DNA from: Perkinsus chesapeaki ATCC PRA-425
Taxonomy: Eukaryota > Protista > Perkinsozoa
NCBI GenBank assembly: GCA_013115145.1
Contig: JAAPAO010000262.1
Coordinates: forward strand, 1 to 45,764
Reading direction: 5' to 3'
DNA: 45,764 bases
Each line of letters opens with the position of its first letter. Within the stretch, counting starts at the first letter, position 1. The notes beneath the pieces are model-generated. The model did no database searches. It had not been told where the DNA came from and saw only the letters and a list, made by a program, of their open reading frames with translations. A program made the position numbers and the translations under genes. Of the stretch, positions 25,281-39,200 are shown one piece after another.

Positions 25281-25749
25281 CCATTCCCCATTGCTCTGTC
25301 AGCTATTCGGCAAGAACTCAACGAGACTTCATCAGCATTTCTGATATGCCAGCGATCCCCTACTCCCATGCCGCTTCCTATTAACACCCCCATATTACAG
25401 CGATATCATATTCCTTAGTTAATGCTGTCTGTAAGGCAAGATTTACCACTTCATCTGGTATAACTGGTTGAAGTGGTGGAGCACATAATCGAACCAATCC
25501 CTAAGATAAACAACCACCTGCAGTGGCAGCATCGCCTAACGGTCATACTGGGAAAAATGAAGGTACTTTCTCCTATGTGAATATCATCATCATCATCGCT
25601 GAGTTTTTAACATAGGCACGAACCGAACCCTTCATGCCTCTTTGAGTCCGGTTCACAGTAACACTTACTATGAACTACATTTTGAAACTTATACTGTCTT
25701 ACACTATACATTATCACACCTTACAATGGGAATGAGATCAACTTCTAAT

Positions 25750-27300
25750 ATCTACAAGCACCCGCCTATTCCTCCCTCATAGCCCTCACCAGCCCCTTTA
25801 TTACCGCCAAAAGCTCCCATTGAGCCTCAATGATCTCCACTCTACTATCATGATCAATCTGTCTCTGCTTACTCTTCTTCCCCTTCTTCTTTTCTGGGTT
25901 CGCCAATATCCGCATATCCTCCCTTAATGTAGCCACCACCTAATCACCACTTCCCTCCGCCGTTCTACAAATCTCCTCTACCGTTTCAATAAGTCCATAC
26001 TTCCTGATAAGGTTCCTCAGTAACTTCTCCTGTCCCCATGACACAACTGAGGTATATAAACTTAATACCGCTTGTCTTATCTCAGACGATTGTAATCTGA
26101 AGACCAATCCCAGCTCCTGCGGTGCCACATCCAAGAGGTTCGTAATATAAGCTTTGTAGCGTTCAGAGCTGACAGTTCACGTTTAGTGTCTTATGAAGGT
26201 GTTGATTCTACATCTGGACCCAATGTAATCAGATCTAGCCGACCAGTCCCGTTTGCACACCAGTTTGCTTTATCACTATAAACAGGTATGGCCACACGGC
26301 TACCCAAAACCGCATTCTCTATTCCATTCTACCATGCCTATGAAAGGCTTCTATAGCACATATTTAATAGATTAATGATTAGTCTTGTGATAAATCAATG
26401 AAACACTAATGAAAAATCCTGCTGAAAAATTCATTAGTAATCAAACATTCACCACTACATCTATAAAAACGTCCTTCCCTCATCATCCTCCTCATTACCG
26501 GCTATCATCCACTCCCAATCTCGGTAATAGCATAACCAATAGATTTGTAGATGCCAATATGCTGTATCCTCTTCTACTGGGAGTTGATAGGAAGTTAGCC
26601 AAACCAATAATAGTAACATCACTTGTCTTTTTATCGAGTAAATGCGATACTATATCATCGCCACTTTGAGGCACTGAATCATTATAAGATATATCCGAGA
26701 TATATATAGATATTTGTTATTGAAAAAGGCGGAATCATGTTAATGGTAAGCGCAACATAATAAAGTACATGTTATTATGTTCCCTTGTTCATACATACAT
26801 GCCGGGAAAGAGGGTTACTATCAACAATGAGGACACGCGAAAATCACCAAAGCAATAATCTCCCCTTCCGACTCAATACGACCATGCTGCTATATTAGCC
26901 GTGTACTACAACAGCAACTATCAATCTTATGCATGTATATTATAATGAGATCGATGTTCGACATTGCTTCATGTGAAACTGTATGTTCTATTTTCCAATA
27001 TATCTCCACTGACATACTCATTCACTTGGAGCGGTGCCTAGTACAGAGATCCGGCTTCAGCCTTCAAATTTCCTCACACAATGGACTCGTCGATTCCTAT
27101 TAATCCACCAACATGGAAAGATGAGTGGTAACTCAGTTACACAGACATTTATTGACCGGCATATATGTACCCACAGTATTACTGTTGGTATCTATCTCCA
27201 TCGTAGGTAATCCTTCATCCGGTTTTGTTAATTCCCTATCCACATAAGGAGCACTGGTAGGAGCATGGGCCTTCTTACTGGGAGGAGCCTTACCCATAAT
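25750..27300 (-). pseudogene. Coding-like segments of an unidentified gene, one with an in-frame TAG
   Basis: MGKAPPSKKAHAPTSAPYVDRELTKPDEGLP... near 27300, and a frame of about 140 codons (ERYKAYITNLLDVAPQEL...GSGD*VVATLREDMRIL...) broken only by TAG at 25940-25942. Confidence 0.25.
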
Positions 27301-28929
27301 AGAGATTAATAACCCCTTCATTGTGAAGTTAATCAATATACGACCGAATATGCCCATTGGCTTATCACCGAATAAATAGTTATTGCTCTTGCCGGTTTCC
27401 CTACCCACCAGTTAGTCACTCAACGCAACATTGTTTACGTAACATAGAGGTCAGCAACAGGGAATATATTTTCAATAGTATAAGGAATACGGGTTGCCTT
27501 TTGGTCTGGTAACACTTTCCAGCACAGATTGCTTTGACGTATCTTTGACCGCCTTCCTTTCAAACCTCTTCAGGTTTTAAACGGTAAAAATGGAATGAGC
27601 GATTATATGCTGACGATTTTGAGTGAATAATTCCGAAAAGTGTGTGATCTTTTCACTGCGCATTCCGTGAGTGTTTTTTGCTGTGTTTGAACTTTTTGAT
27701 CTATGCTTGAAGCAGCCTCAGGAGGGTTAATTCATCGAAGGCACTCCAGCTGTGCCCTACCAGTTGACCCACATAAAGGTATCGTCCTATCGGGGCCTGT
27801 TACATTACGAAGAGGAAATAAATGGGAAGATAAATATATCACAATACGGACTGATGGGTGGTAATAAGGGGTAATAGTACCGCATACGCTCTATTAGATC
27901 AAGCTGCAGGAATAAGATACTGTACAGCCGATGCAACAAAGCAACCTTTATATTGCCATCCTAACCTTGAACGAGCTGACCGAACCATACCAACTAAAAT
28001 AGATTCATAAAGGCACATGCCCCATAGAGATTAATAAGGATATGGCGGACCTTTGAAATGGATGTGCAGAATGTACAGGCTACAATAATATATATAGGAA
28101 TCATCTTTTATTAGCACTCAAAGGCCGCTTTAGAGGGAAATTAAGGAATTTGTTTTTGCCGCTTGAAGGCATGACACGCCAATTAAAAGACATAAAGATT
28201 TGAGAAAAAAAACCAACTCAAGAATCTTAAATTTCTATTCATGTGGGAGCTTGTTTTTTTATTATATAAAAGACTCAGTATGAATATCTTGTTATTATAT
28301 TGCCAGTGTGGATGTATCAATCTCAATGCTGAAATACGGCGTTTTTGGTATAAGCTATCTTTATTAAAGATGGTATGGAGTAAGGCTCCTATTGTCCTTG
28401 TTTATCAGGCTGGAATACACTGATTTGTATCATACTAGTAGAAGTAGGAGATACAGTATAGATTTAAGGCAGTACATTATTGGTGCAGTTAAAGATAATA
28501 GGAAATGGAATGGTGGAAGGGATTATAGGTAAGTGCATATAGCAGCTATGTGCTATGCTTTGACAAGTTGAGGGAAATACGGTATTATTAAGAGAGAGAT
28601 ATAGACTTTGTAATGTATAGAGGCCATCTCCTGCTAGATATGTCTTATTATAAAGATTCCATCAGAGTCGCTTATGACTCTAACATTGCTTACTCCTCAG
28701 TAAGGAAACGGATGAAGATTTGTCGACTATGAAACCTATGAAGAGTCATCAACCGGTAGCATTGCTCGAACATATTAGTTTGCGTGGAAAAAGTAAAAAT
28801 GTTATTTTTCCAAGTGTGGCTCCTTCGACAAGGCGTATTGCGGCCAGTATAGTAACTTTTAAAAGTTACTTTCAAGCGAGGTTGTGATGCGATCGAAATC
28901 CTGCTATGGTTGGAAGACTTTGAATAATA

Positions 28930-29638
28930 GTCTTCTGTTACTGTTAGACTCACTCTGCACCATATTAAACCCACGGCCACTCCAAAGCCTATTGAGCAAC
29001 ACCCGACGGTTTCGTTTGAGGGTTATGGTGACGAGAATCGGCGAGGATCTGATGACGCCAGCAACAGCACTGTAGATACTGCTACGAGTTATGAAGGCGA
29101 AGGAAGGGAATCTTTTAAAATGAGGTTGAAGCGTGCAAATGAGGATATACGGGAAATGATCGGTCACGATGATATCGGGGATGAATCGAGCTCAGTGGAG
29201 TGGATAAGTTTCAAATTCGTGCGGCGGATTGAGGCGGAGCGATGGCATCGAGGAATGCTGAAAGCCGTTGAGCTTGCATTGCAGCCTGAGAGACTGGGAA
29301 TCGGTCATAGTATTATAAAGACGACTGAGAGACCGGCTATGATGGATAATGCAAGTGAAGGAGGCGGCGGGAAAGAGAAGGTAGTGTTGGGAGGAGGGGT
29401 GCGTAGAGTAGGGGTTGTGTATCTGAAAATGCATAGTCGTTTACTTGATAAAGGTGAACGGGTTGGGGAACACCGGTTGCACCCAGAAGGAATGCGTTTC
29501 ACTTGCCATCATTTCGATCTAGGAAATCATTTCTGGAATGACTCATATTACGACTTTGTATTAGCAACAATTCCTGACACACGAGGAGCACACTTCCGCG
29601 GAGCTAGATTAATCCTTGGGCAGAAGAATATGACATGA
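28930..29638 (+). CDS. Long exon or ORF of a hypothetical protein
   Basis: The frame of ORF 29120-29638 stays open upstream to about 28930. No family recognised. Confidence 0.3.
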
Positions 29639-29829
29639 TTTTGATAGTATCAAATTGGTACATCTTTCTATTGCAGATCGTACTATTGTTTTTCCTCATT
29701 TAATCGTATGAAATATCTTACTATGATTATTATCATATTTTTTATGTTTATCATTTCACTATAGCCAATTTGTAACAATTATTAACTGATTTTATTTTCC
29801 CATTTCTCTCAGTCACCTTCTCCTCAACC

Positions 29830-31257
29830 TTACTGGAAGCGTCTACTCCCCTCAGTTGTGGTGGCCCAGCTATCATATTTCCTATCACGGTCCTCATATG
29901 TGTTACTAGCAATACCATTGAATGGAGCAGATTCTGCCTCGAGGATGCTAGCCAGTGGAGCTAGCTTTGGCTTGGCTTTTATGAAGCTATCAGTACTGAG
30001 TATATTCTTCGGAGGACTGGTCATTGCGATGGCGGTGCTATTGGATATGGCGATGGAAAGCGGAAGGTAGTTGGGGAAAATGCGCGCTTCAAGCTAGGAT
30101 TCGGTTTTCACGCACATTACTGTTTTCTGTCAATTGAGCATTTTGGCTTCGATTGAATTTTATGATAGATTTCAGTGCAGCTTGTGACGTATGGTATCTT
30201 GCTCTCTTTGATAGCCTCGCTTGTGTCACGCTGTCCCCTTTTTGCTGGTGCATCCCGCAGTGTTGCTTATCTTACCGCTCCTTCGTATTACTAATTTAAA
30301 ATCGTCCAGTACCCCTGCATTCCTCTCCTCAACACTGAGGTGACTCGTACGAATCGTTTTGAATGGTAAAATAAATATTCTATAAGTGGTTATTCCCATA
30401 TTATATGCCAGCCACGAGGGAGGGGCATGGACCGTGCGAAGATTCCCTATAGGTTACTTCGCGTGCCATGTATAATTGGAACACGTTTGGCAATTCTTCA
30501 ATGCGAGCAAAAAACTCTACTACTGTTAAGTGTTGGATTTTAAAAGACGTGAAGTAATGGGTTTGTCCCTACTGTGTGATAAAATGATTTCGATTAGTGC
30601 TGAGGGTGACTGGGTAGCTGAAAGAGGTTGGGCTAATCAAGAATGAGCTCCATGCTGATCAGGTCACAAAGGAATAGATCTTTATCATCAATGACAGAGG
30701 CCTCATCATTAGCTGTTTCCCCAACAGGTGCGTCGGAAGATATTTCGATAAGGGAAGAGGCAGTTGAAGAAGGTAATAGGATATCTTCGTGCATGCCCAT
30801 ATGGTGAGAACTTGACTAAGTGCGCGAAAGGCTAAGGGAAATTGTGCATCGAATTCGCAACAGTTATACTGTTGTCTACTAGTTTAGAATGGCTTGCAGA
30901 GGCTTCTTGTGCCATCAGGCTTAACATGTGTTCGGATACGACGACCGCTGAAAGTCCGAATGAAGGGGCGTCGATTTTGGCGATGGCCAACTCTACACTG
31001 ATGGGTCTAATTGATTTTATCATCGAGCTGTGATGTCTACCAGCCTTTGGTGTTTTTATGCGCGACTTCCTCAGCGAATCGCTTTGACAATTCGCAATTT
31101 GGTGAAAATATCGAGGATTCTTTCGGTGGCAGCATAAGTACGAACTTATCCTAACAACTCGACTCAACCTATTTGGAATCTTTCGCACTCGAAAGATTTT
31201 CGGGGTGTATAGTGGAAGAAGTTGACTTGGTTTATTGGTATTTTCAGACGTATCCAT
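29830..31257 (-). CDS. Ser-rich coding-like segments of a hypothetical gene
   Basis: ORFs 30832-31257 and 29830-30024 plus an intervening acidic, Ser-rich frame. Connection between them not established. Confidence 0.2.
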
Positions 31258-33426
31258 GGCAAGCTCGGTGAGAACTCCATCAGTTCCGGATACTTTGCCG
31301 ATTGTACCGATGAAGCAGCTAATCGATCAGCTGATCGATGAGGTGCTACCAACCATACCGCACCGGGAACATGTTAACAGTAATATCCTGGGGTTGAAGC
31401 GTGCATCTTACACCCGCTCAAGATCTTACTGTATGGTTAGTACGAGCTGACCTGGGCGTGGTAAAAATAAAATAGGGGAGATGTTAGTGTCCTTCATCGC
31501 TCGTAGTAATCGACGAATCTCTGAAATGCTTGATAAACTCGCCTAGTCTACATACGTAAGCACTGCACCCTATATTCCCTCAGCCTCATTCCCACACGCC
31601 CTCCCCAGCGGGTATCACCATCGACGGCAAGTGCCTATATCGGAGAATATATTTACCCGTGGAATCAATTGGACGGTTGAAAACGAGACCACTGAACCGG
31701 ATTGCAAGGTGATGTTTCGACGGGGACAGTTTTTGTGTCATTTCTGCTGATCAGGTTTATTCAACGTTTGATTTATTTCCCGAGGATCAATGGCCGGCAT
31801 TCTCATTGACCTGTCGAGGTCTCAACGCCAAGCCTGAGGATATGGTAGAAATGGCACGCCCTCGTGATCGATATCTTTCGCTGAGATGGTGTATAGGCAT
31901 CTACGAGTGCATGGTGGAATTTGCTTGGGTTTTAGGGAGGGCGTGGGTTCGATCCCGGCACGTGGCATTTAGGTGAGGGCATTATCGGAGTTTGACCGGT
32001 ATGAGAGATGTGACGAGACAATGGATACACAGACGGTGGTTGCTGAGGATAGTGGATGTATGCTAAAGTAAAGCTAGAGGTGTCAGAAAAATTCCTGGGG
32101 GACTTTCCCCCGATAAATTGTAGATTTTTTGGTATTATCATTCGAGCTCACCATTGCTGTATTGGGAATGGAATAGATGACGGCAATGGATCGCGTTAGC
32201 ATCATTAGTGAGTAGTTATCTTCATTCCAGCGGCGTCGGCGGTCTGGCTTGGGGGACTTCAGCTTCACCGCTGCTCGGTTATTAATTAACAAGGCCTTTC
32301 AGGCACTCTACTAACAAATCTATCTGGCCAGTGAGCACTCGAGACTATATGATAATGTTTGCTATTGTGCCTTTGGGGAATGATGGATCGACAGCAATGC
32401 TATCGAGAAGTGCTCGGCTGGGTGAGGTACCTGATAGGCTTGGAGGAGATGCAGTGGTTATGAGGGAGGATCCGGGCTCTATAAGGGGATTGGTGAGAGG
32501 GGTGGGGGGGATATTAATATTATTAAGATAAATGATGATACAACGGATCTGTATGTGTTAACTGATTGGAGTAGTAATTTTTCTTACTAATAAACTCGCA
32601 ATACTACTCTTCCTTGTTGATTAATTTTGTATATATTGATGTCATCGGTGGTGATGATGATGGCAGATATCATTCGGTTTCCACGATGTATTATAACTTT
32701 CCTAATGATCTGGTGAATAGTTCGACGTACGCGTTGAACAGGCATGGGTGGTCCAACTATGGAAAACTCATCACAGATTGCGAATACCAGGGGTGTTGCC
32801 ATATAGCCTTTCATAGGCCGATACTTCCCACATCATTACCAATGAATTCGCTAATCGTGAGTGTCACCAGCGGAGCTCTATTTGGGGTCAGATAGAACTT
32901 CGAGTTTGTCAAACACACACGCTGGCCACAGTTCAGCCAGCCACAGGTGGTTTGGGGAATTCATTAGGAGGTGAATTGCGTTTCGCATTGCCGCGAGTAT
33001 GAGTGCCTCGGGCATATCTTGGAAGCTTTGTTGGTCATATTATAAGGGGATTATATCTCCTCCTCGTCTATTATTACTATTCTGGTGCAGCTCGATGAAA
33101 TGAAATAGAATAATTCGTACTTTTCATTCCTCCTTCGATAGTGAGTGAGAAATCGATAAGTGTGAATATCAGCTGTATATTGGGTAATACATAACTAGTG
33201 TAATAGAGTCATATGTGTAACCCACTGAAGTTCATCCTGTGCAGATGCTACTTGCTGCTGCTGCTGTTGAGGATTTGCTCTCCCTTTCAGTTGGATTACT
33301 CCTGCTGGTTTATACGACCGTCGGTTGAGGGCAAGAATAAGACTGATTTAATATTTCTTATGCATGGCGATCTCAAAGGGAATCTTGGGATGGTTGGCAA
33401 GGTAACTATTTTACTATGAATCTATG

Positions 33427-33787
33427 GTATTTCCATAAGACTGTTGTTTAAACTATTAATATATTGTATTTCCATAAGACTGTTGTTTAAACTATTAATA
33501 TATTGTATTTCCATAAGACTGTTGTTTAACTATTAATATATTGTATTTCCATAAGACTGTTGNNNNNNNNNNNNNNNNNNNNNNNNNNNNNNNNNNNNNN
33601 NNNNNNNNNNNNNNNNNNNNNNNNNNNNNNNNNNNNNNNNNNNNNNNNNNNNNNNNNNNNNTTTAATATATTGTATTTCCATAAGACTGTTGTTTAACTA
33701 TTAATATATTGTATTTCCATAAGACTGTTGTTTAAACTATTAATATATTGTATTTCCATAAGATTGTTGTTTAACTATTAATATATA
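33427..33787. repeat. 38/39-bp AT-rich minisatellite spanning an assembly gap
   Basis: Unit GTATTTCCATAAGACTGTTGTTTAA(A)CTATTAATATATT repeated head to tail with no spacers. Confidence 0.95.
33563..33661. other. Assembly gap (N run)
   Basis: 99 N. Confidence 1.
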
Positions 33788-36242
33788 GCAGTAGTCGAAT
33801 TTTGCAATAACGGTCGTCCTTTTTCCCTTTCTATTCGTGTGAGCCTCTTCTGTTTGCGACAAAGAAGTCTTCGCTTATATCGTTTATTTGCCTTCAGATT
33901 AGTGGGATCGTCTCGCGGCGTCAACTTGTCCGAATATGTGCGGCCGCGGAGAAGGAGGCTAATAATGAAGATTACCACTGAGAAGAGATTATATTTTCAA
34001 AATCGATCGTCTGATCGATTTCAATTTGACCATATTATTGACATACTTACTACTAACATTCGTTACACTTAGACAGCAGTCTTCAATTCCGGCAGGCCTC
34101 TCTTGGTGAGCCGGTCGCTTCCGATTTTCACAGTGGTGCTTTGAGTTGGAGGTCAAATTGGAGAGGAGCTTTCGTTGAGAAGATTGCCTTTAAATTTCTG
34201 ATGTCGACGTCTTCGACAGGAGGAAACCCTTCAAGAGCGACAGCGCCTGGTAGGCTATTTTGCGGTTTTTCCATCAGAAGTGACGCTATAGGTAGCGACG
34301 ATGATCGATACAAGGGTCCGAGTGATGCGTTCCGAGACGCTCTGGAAGTTGGTCACTTTGCTATGTGGTTGCGGGGCACGCAGGATGATAGTTGTGTGAC
34401 GATGACTCTTGGCGTCGTTAACATCTTAGGTGGGCGAACGGGAAGGGTGTTAGGGTTCAGTGTATTGGACTTACTGTTGTGTAATTTACTGTAATACTAT
34501 GGAATAGCGTTAAAGGGTGATGGATGGCTATACAGATTATTATGCCAAACAACTTGGGGGTACGGCTTAAGCCAGTGAGGAAAGCATCGAAACTTGTTAT
34601 CTGTTATGGCTATGCCTTTCTGTCGAAAACCTTTGTTAATTGGTTAATTCAGTGTTGGTTTTTAGTGCGGTATGAAATGGTTATTGTTAAGTAGTTATTA
34701 GTCTATTGAGGATAAAGTCTGCCGCCTGTAGATAGGGTTATCCGATAGGCCTACTGCTCATCAGCCATCCACCCCTATACATAGACCCATACGCCAGAGC
34801 TATCAATTGAACTCATTATGACGTATGGCCCGGCGAGGCTTGCAGCTTGCGCATCTTACTGTCGGTCAGGATGATGATGCCATGCGTTGCCCCTATTTCA
34901 GAGAAAGTCTTCGCCCTCGAGTCCCTGCCATTGGAGGTACACTTCTCGAGGTCTGTGCGGAAGGAAATGTAAGGTGTTTCGTTGTTGGACTGGCGCCTTT
35001 TGCAGATAACTATTGAGAAGTAATTCAATCTTATATTTTTTGTTACTCATATTATTTAATCGCAACTAAGGTTTGGAAGAAAAATTGATCAACTCGTTAG
35101 AAGTGTTACACCAAGTAACTTAACTATTAGCCAACTAGTGAGTATTGAGAAGTAATTTAGTCACATAATTATTTACTCGCAACTTGGTATTGGGTAAGAT
35201 GGAGTAATCCAATCGTGGATGGTTTTAGAACTTGGTTGTTGTCGGTGTGTTAAGGTATCTATTTGATCATAGTTTCCAATTCTTAGGTTGCATGAAGTTC
35301 GCCACCTTTCGGCCAACGCTGGTCTGATAGGAGCGTCAGATGCTGAAGCGTCGATAGAGGAGATGATGACAGCTGCTTGGGGTAAGGGGAGAGTAGGATG
35401 CAATCGAGCTGATGGCGCACCGGCATTCAGGGGCTCGTTTGAACCCAGTATTTGCCGGGAATGGTAAACCTGAAAAATGTTAAGTGAAAATTTAAACCTA
35501 AAAAGTTACTACTAGCAACACTTATGGATTCCTGGCAAGGGCTTTATTAGTAACTTTCTAACGAGGAGATAAAATGGAGAATTTTCTATGAAAAATTTTC
35601 CCAGACCAAACGGGAACAATGAGTGTATTCTTTCTTGGGGCGCGTGGTCCTTTACTGTGACTTCCTGTCGACATAAACGTGCAATTGATCCCAGGTAGCG
35701 GTAGTCATAACATTTGCCTGTCGATAGATATCGGCTATAGTTTACGCGTTTATTGTCAGGTAAGATAGAACCGTTATGGCGGCGATTTGAAGCCGATGGC
35801 GGGAGGAACTTCGTGACTGATGAAAGCGGAGGTAGGAAAGACCCTCCGCATGGTATCAGTTATTCATTCCGTGTTTTAATCGACTGATAGAAACTTATCA
35901 TTCATTTCGCGCTCCAGCTTAAACAGCGTAATATGCCCACCTACCCCAGAATGTCTTTTGAAGCTGGAAGAGTCGCCGTTACTTTCCCATGTGAAGAAAC
36001 TCTATTGTGTGTTCTTCAGAATCAACTCAAGCATCGGATTCGGATCTTCCCGGTGAGGGGGTACGTGATAACATCACTAACGCACCGATGACACATAAAA
36101 CACGGCCGAAGCACTTGACGGGTAAGTCCTTTACATTGGTATTAACAGTGTTCACCTGTTTGGGTGGAGGGCTTCCGTAGGGCTTATTATGGTATCTAGG
36201 AATGAATTAAAATAACTGGTTGCAAATCTGCGGAAATTTCGC

Positions 36243-39200
36243 GTGGAAGTTGGGTCGGCAGGTGCCAAGGCGGTCGGCGTCGAATCGGCTAATTACGCGC
36301 TGGCGTATGCGATGATGGTTGGCATTGAAGCTGTTGTACGGTCCGGGGAGCAAGTTAGCATAGCTAAGCGATCGGAGGAGAGGCCTCAGCCGGGCGAGGA
36401 AGATACGATGGAGGTTGAGAATATCATGGCTGCAGTGCGACGTAAGTACTGTAGTTACATGTTCAGTCTACTTGATGTTTATATTATATTGGCCATAGGA
36501 GAAATTATAATCTTTTCTAATTTGGGAAATCTAATATTCGGTTCTATCAAGTGGAGTACTAATTATTTAACACTATTGAGAATTGCAGAATTTAATATTT
36601 TAATATATTAATCTATTATTGACAGCTTGCCACCTTCTGTGATGTAATTTGGGAGGATTTCCCTGGATCTCTCAATTTGAAAAACGAAATAAAGTCGATA
36701 AAGTCGGCATGGTTGGTGCGTCATTGTTCAAAGTTACTAGCTTAAGGTTACATATAAACCAATACGCGTGTCTTACACATAAGGTTTTGATACTCAGTCA
36801 GTGTTGCACGACTGCCCCTTTTGAAAAGGGTGTTTTCCTTTGTTTCCCTTTATAAAATGCAGTATCTGTAAATCTATGTGCGTGAGTAAGTGTATATTTG
36901 GTCAAGGTAATTATATTTTACCACCGAGCGGCACACGACTGTCTCCTCCGCATATTAGCAAGCCGAATAAGCTTGTCTTTGAAGAGGCAGCTCCTGAGAT
37001 ATTTCAGTAGGAAGAGCGAACTCGCGAGTCCTTACATTTGTTGCTGCCAGATTTATCCGTGCACGGAGCTGTGTTGGTGATGAGGAGTATTTGTCTAGCC
37101 TTTGTCAAAGAGGGTTCTCTTTGATTGAATTCGTTACCAACAGCAAGTCTGGTGAATTCTTTTTCTTCAGCCATAATGGCAAGTAAGTACGTCCTTTCTT
37201 TACAGTGCGCATGAGAAATATCCTCAAAGCTCCTCCGAAGATGTCTTCCAACATAGCGCATCTCTAAAGGCATCTTAAGAGGGATGAGAAGGCGCACGAT
37301 GTGCCTTTTGATTGAGAAACTTCCTAAAGGTTAAGATTTGTATGATTTGACGCCGCGCCTTTGGCTCTATTCGTTCCGGATTTTGGGAGTTGGCATGCAA
37401 TTACCATGTGATAACTGGCATATATTACACAGCTAGATGGCTAAGTGCCATAAAATCGTCCAGATGCTCTGTGAGTAACTGATTCATTATGGAGCCTATG
37501 ATGGAGTTTGAGATTGATATGCTTGAGAAGTGTTTTTGAGCTTCGTTATGGCCAAGTGTGACTTTCCTCCCTTTGGACTCGCCTGCTGTTCATGTGTATG
37601 TTCTTAATAGGTTCATGTTAAAGACCATATCCGACGAGGAGGCCGAGACCCTTTTGGGCATGCTTAAAGATTATGCCCATCACGTCACGTCACATCGGTA
37701 AGTTGGAGCCTATTGTAACACGGAGGCTTCCCCAATCGATAAAGCGTCATTTTATTTCTGTCCCTTCAGGTCTCTCTTAACTCGCATGCTCGGACTTTAC
37801 AGACTGCATATAGGCGCCTTGTATAAGCGCTGGTTCTTCGTAAGCCATCTGTGTTAGTCTTTGTAAGTTAAGAGGGTTTATTTTAGGTTTCGACTTCTGT
37901 TTTTGATACTGGATCTCTGGGGCTACATGCACAATATGATCTTAAAGGAAGTAAGTGACTGAAGGGACGAGGCATCGTATTTAATAAGACTCACACTATA
38001 AGTTGGTACGATTCACCTGGCCATTGAATATTAGGCTGTCGTATGGCCCTGTATTCCCTGTTTATTAACTTGGCTTTTGAAAGCCTTTAATATTAGGCTG
38101 TAGTATAGGCATATAATGCTCGACAGTAACTAATGAAATCACTGATATTACATACAGTTGCGGTAACGATTTTCATTGCTATTATTATGTGGTAAATTAT
38201 ATAACGAAAGTTCGGGATAAATAAAACTCGTCGGTGGAGGTGATCACATACGACCCTGAAAGAATATCGTGTCGGATTTCTTCGAAGGTACTTCCAAAAA
38301 TCGTCGAGCTGGTGACACTGAGACTGTTAAGAAGGATCTTAACTGGCTAAGGGAAGATATGAGTCTGTTGGTTCCGGATGAATGCAAAGAGTAAGCTTGA
38401 GGATGTCGCTGAGCGGAGCGAAGCGTTCCATGTTTCAGTATTTTGATAGCGACGCATAAGGCGGACGTAGAATTCCTGGCACATCATGGCGTGACGGACT
38501 ACTCTGTCCTGGTTGGTATACATGATACTGAGAGCAGTGATGCTGGTGTCCATACGAAGGGTGTTAAATTGTTGAGGAAAACAGCGTTGAAAAAGCTGCT
38601 ACCCATGCTGAGATTGGTGAGAAAGGGCGGGCATTTTCTCAATAGATGATAAAAGTCTTCTAGTTTTCATAAAGCCTAGAAGAAATTGAAGTGGATTTAT
38701 CAGTGTTATTCTGAGACAAGCTCTAAACCGCTCACTTGTGAATTGTAGTTAGCGCCTCTATAATACATAACCGTAGCAACAGATTAGTATGTTGTAAATA
38801 ATAATGAGAGAATATTAATATTTTTCAAACTTATGATAATACATCGTTATCTTTTCTATCAGGTTCATGCATCTGGTCGTTCCTCGGTTAACACCACTTC
38901 GTCACGTACATTAACATCTGAGTTGGCTGTCTCAAGGATGAGGGAGCATGTCGGCAATGGATGGGTGAGCAGGCTACAAACAGTCATGATATTATCAACT
39001 CTACTTCCAAACGTTATCATTACGGTATGCTCCAAGTTCCACGTTATTGGTCACAGAACTGAGGAAGTTATCCTAGAAAAGGGACTTCGTAACGGTTTGG
39101 TTAGCAGTGGAGACTTGATAAAAGCTCGCTTGTAACCGCCGCACGGGAGTGTCGGTGCGCCAGGATAGAATGTCTTTCCTTGCAGTACTCTTTTTTCTAA

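Noticed and set aside
24872-25393. 173-aa and 111-aa ORFs over the 21-bp repeat
   Set aside because: They arise from a stop-free 21-bp unit and the N gap.
29220-29290. ERWHRGMLKAV as a retroviral integrase core motif
   Set aside because: The upstream DDE context is missing and there is no RT or RNase H nearby; the surrounding frame looks like a cellular low-complexity exon.
32600-32900. RIP-like hypermutation inferred from several stops in a coding-like frame
   Set aside because: Any stop codon can be explained by a single transition, and there is no homologous copy in the window for comparison.
33427-33787. CRISPR-like array
   Set aside because: Units are head to tail with no unique spacers, there are no cas genes, and the context is eukaryotic.
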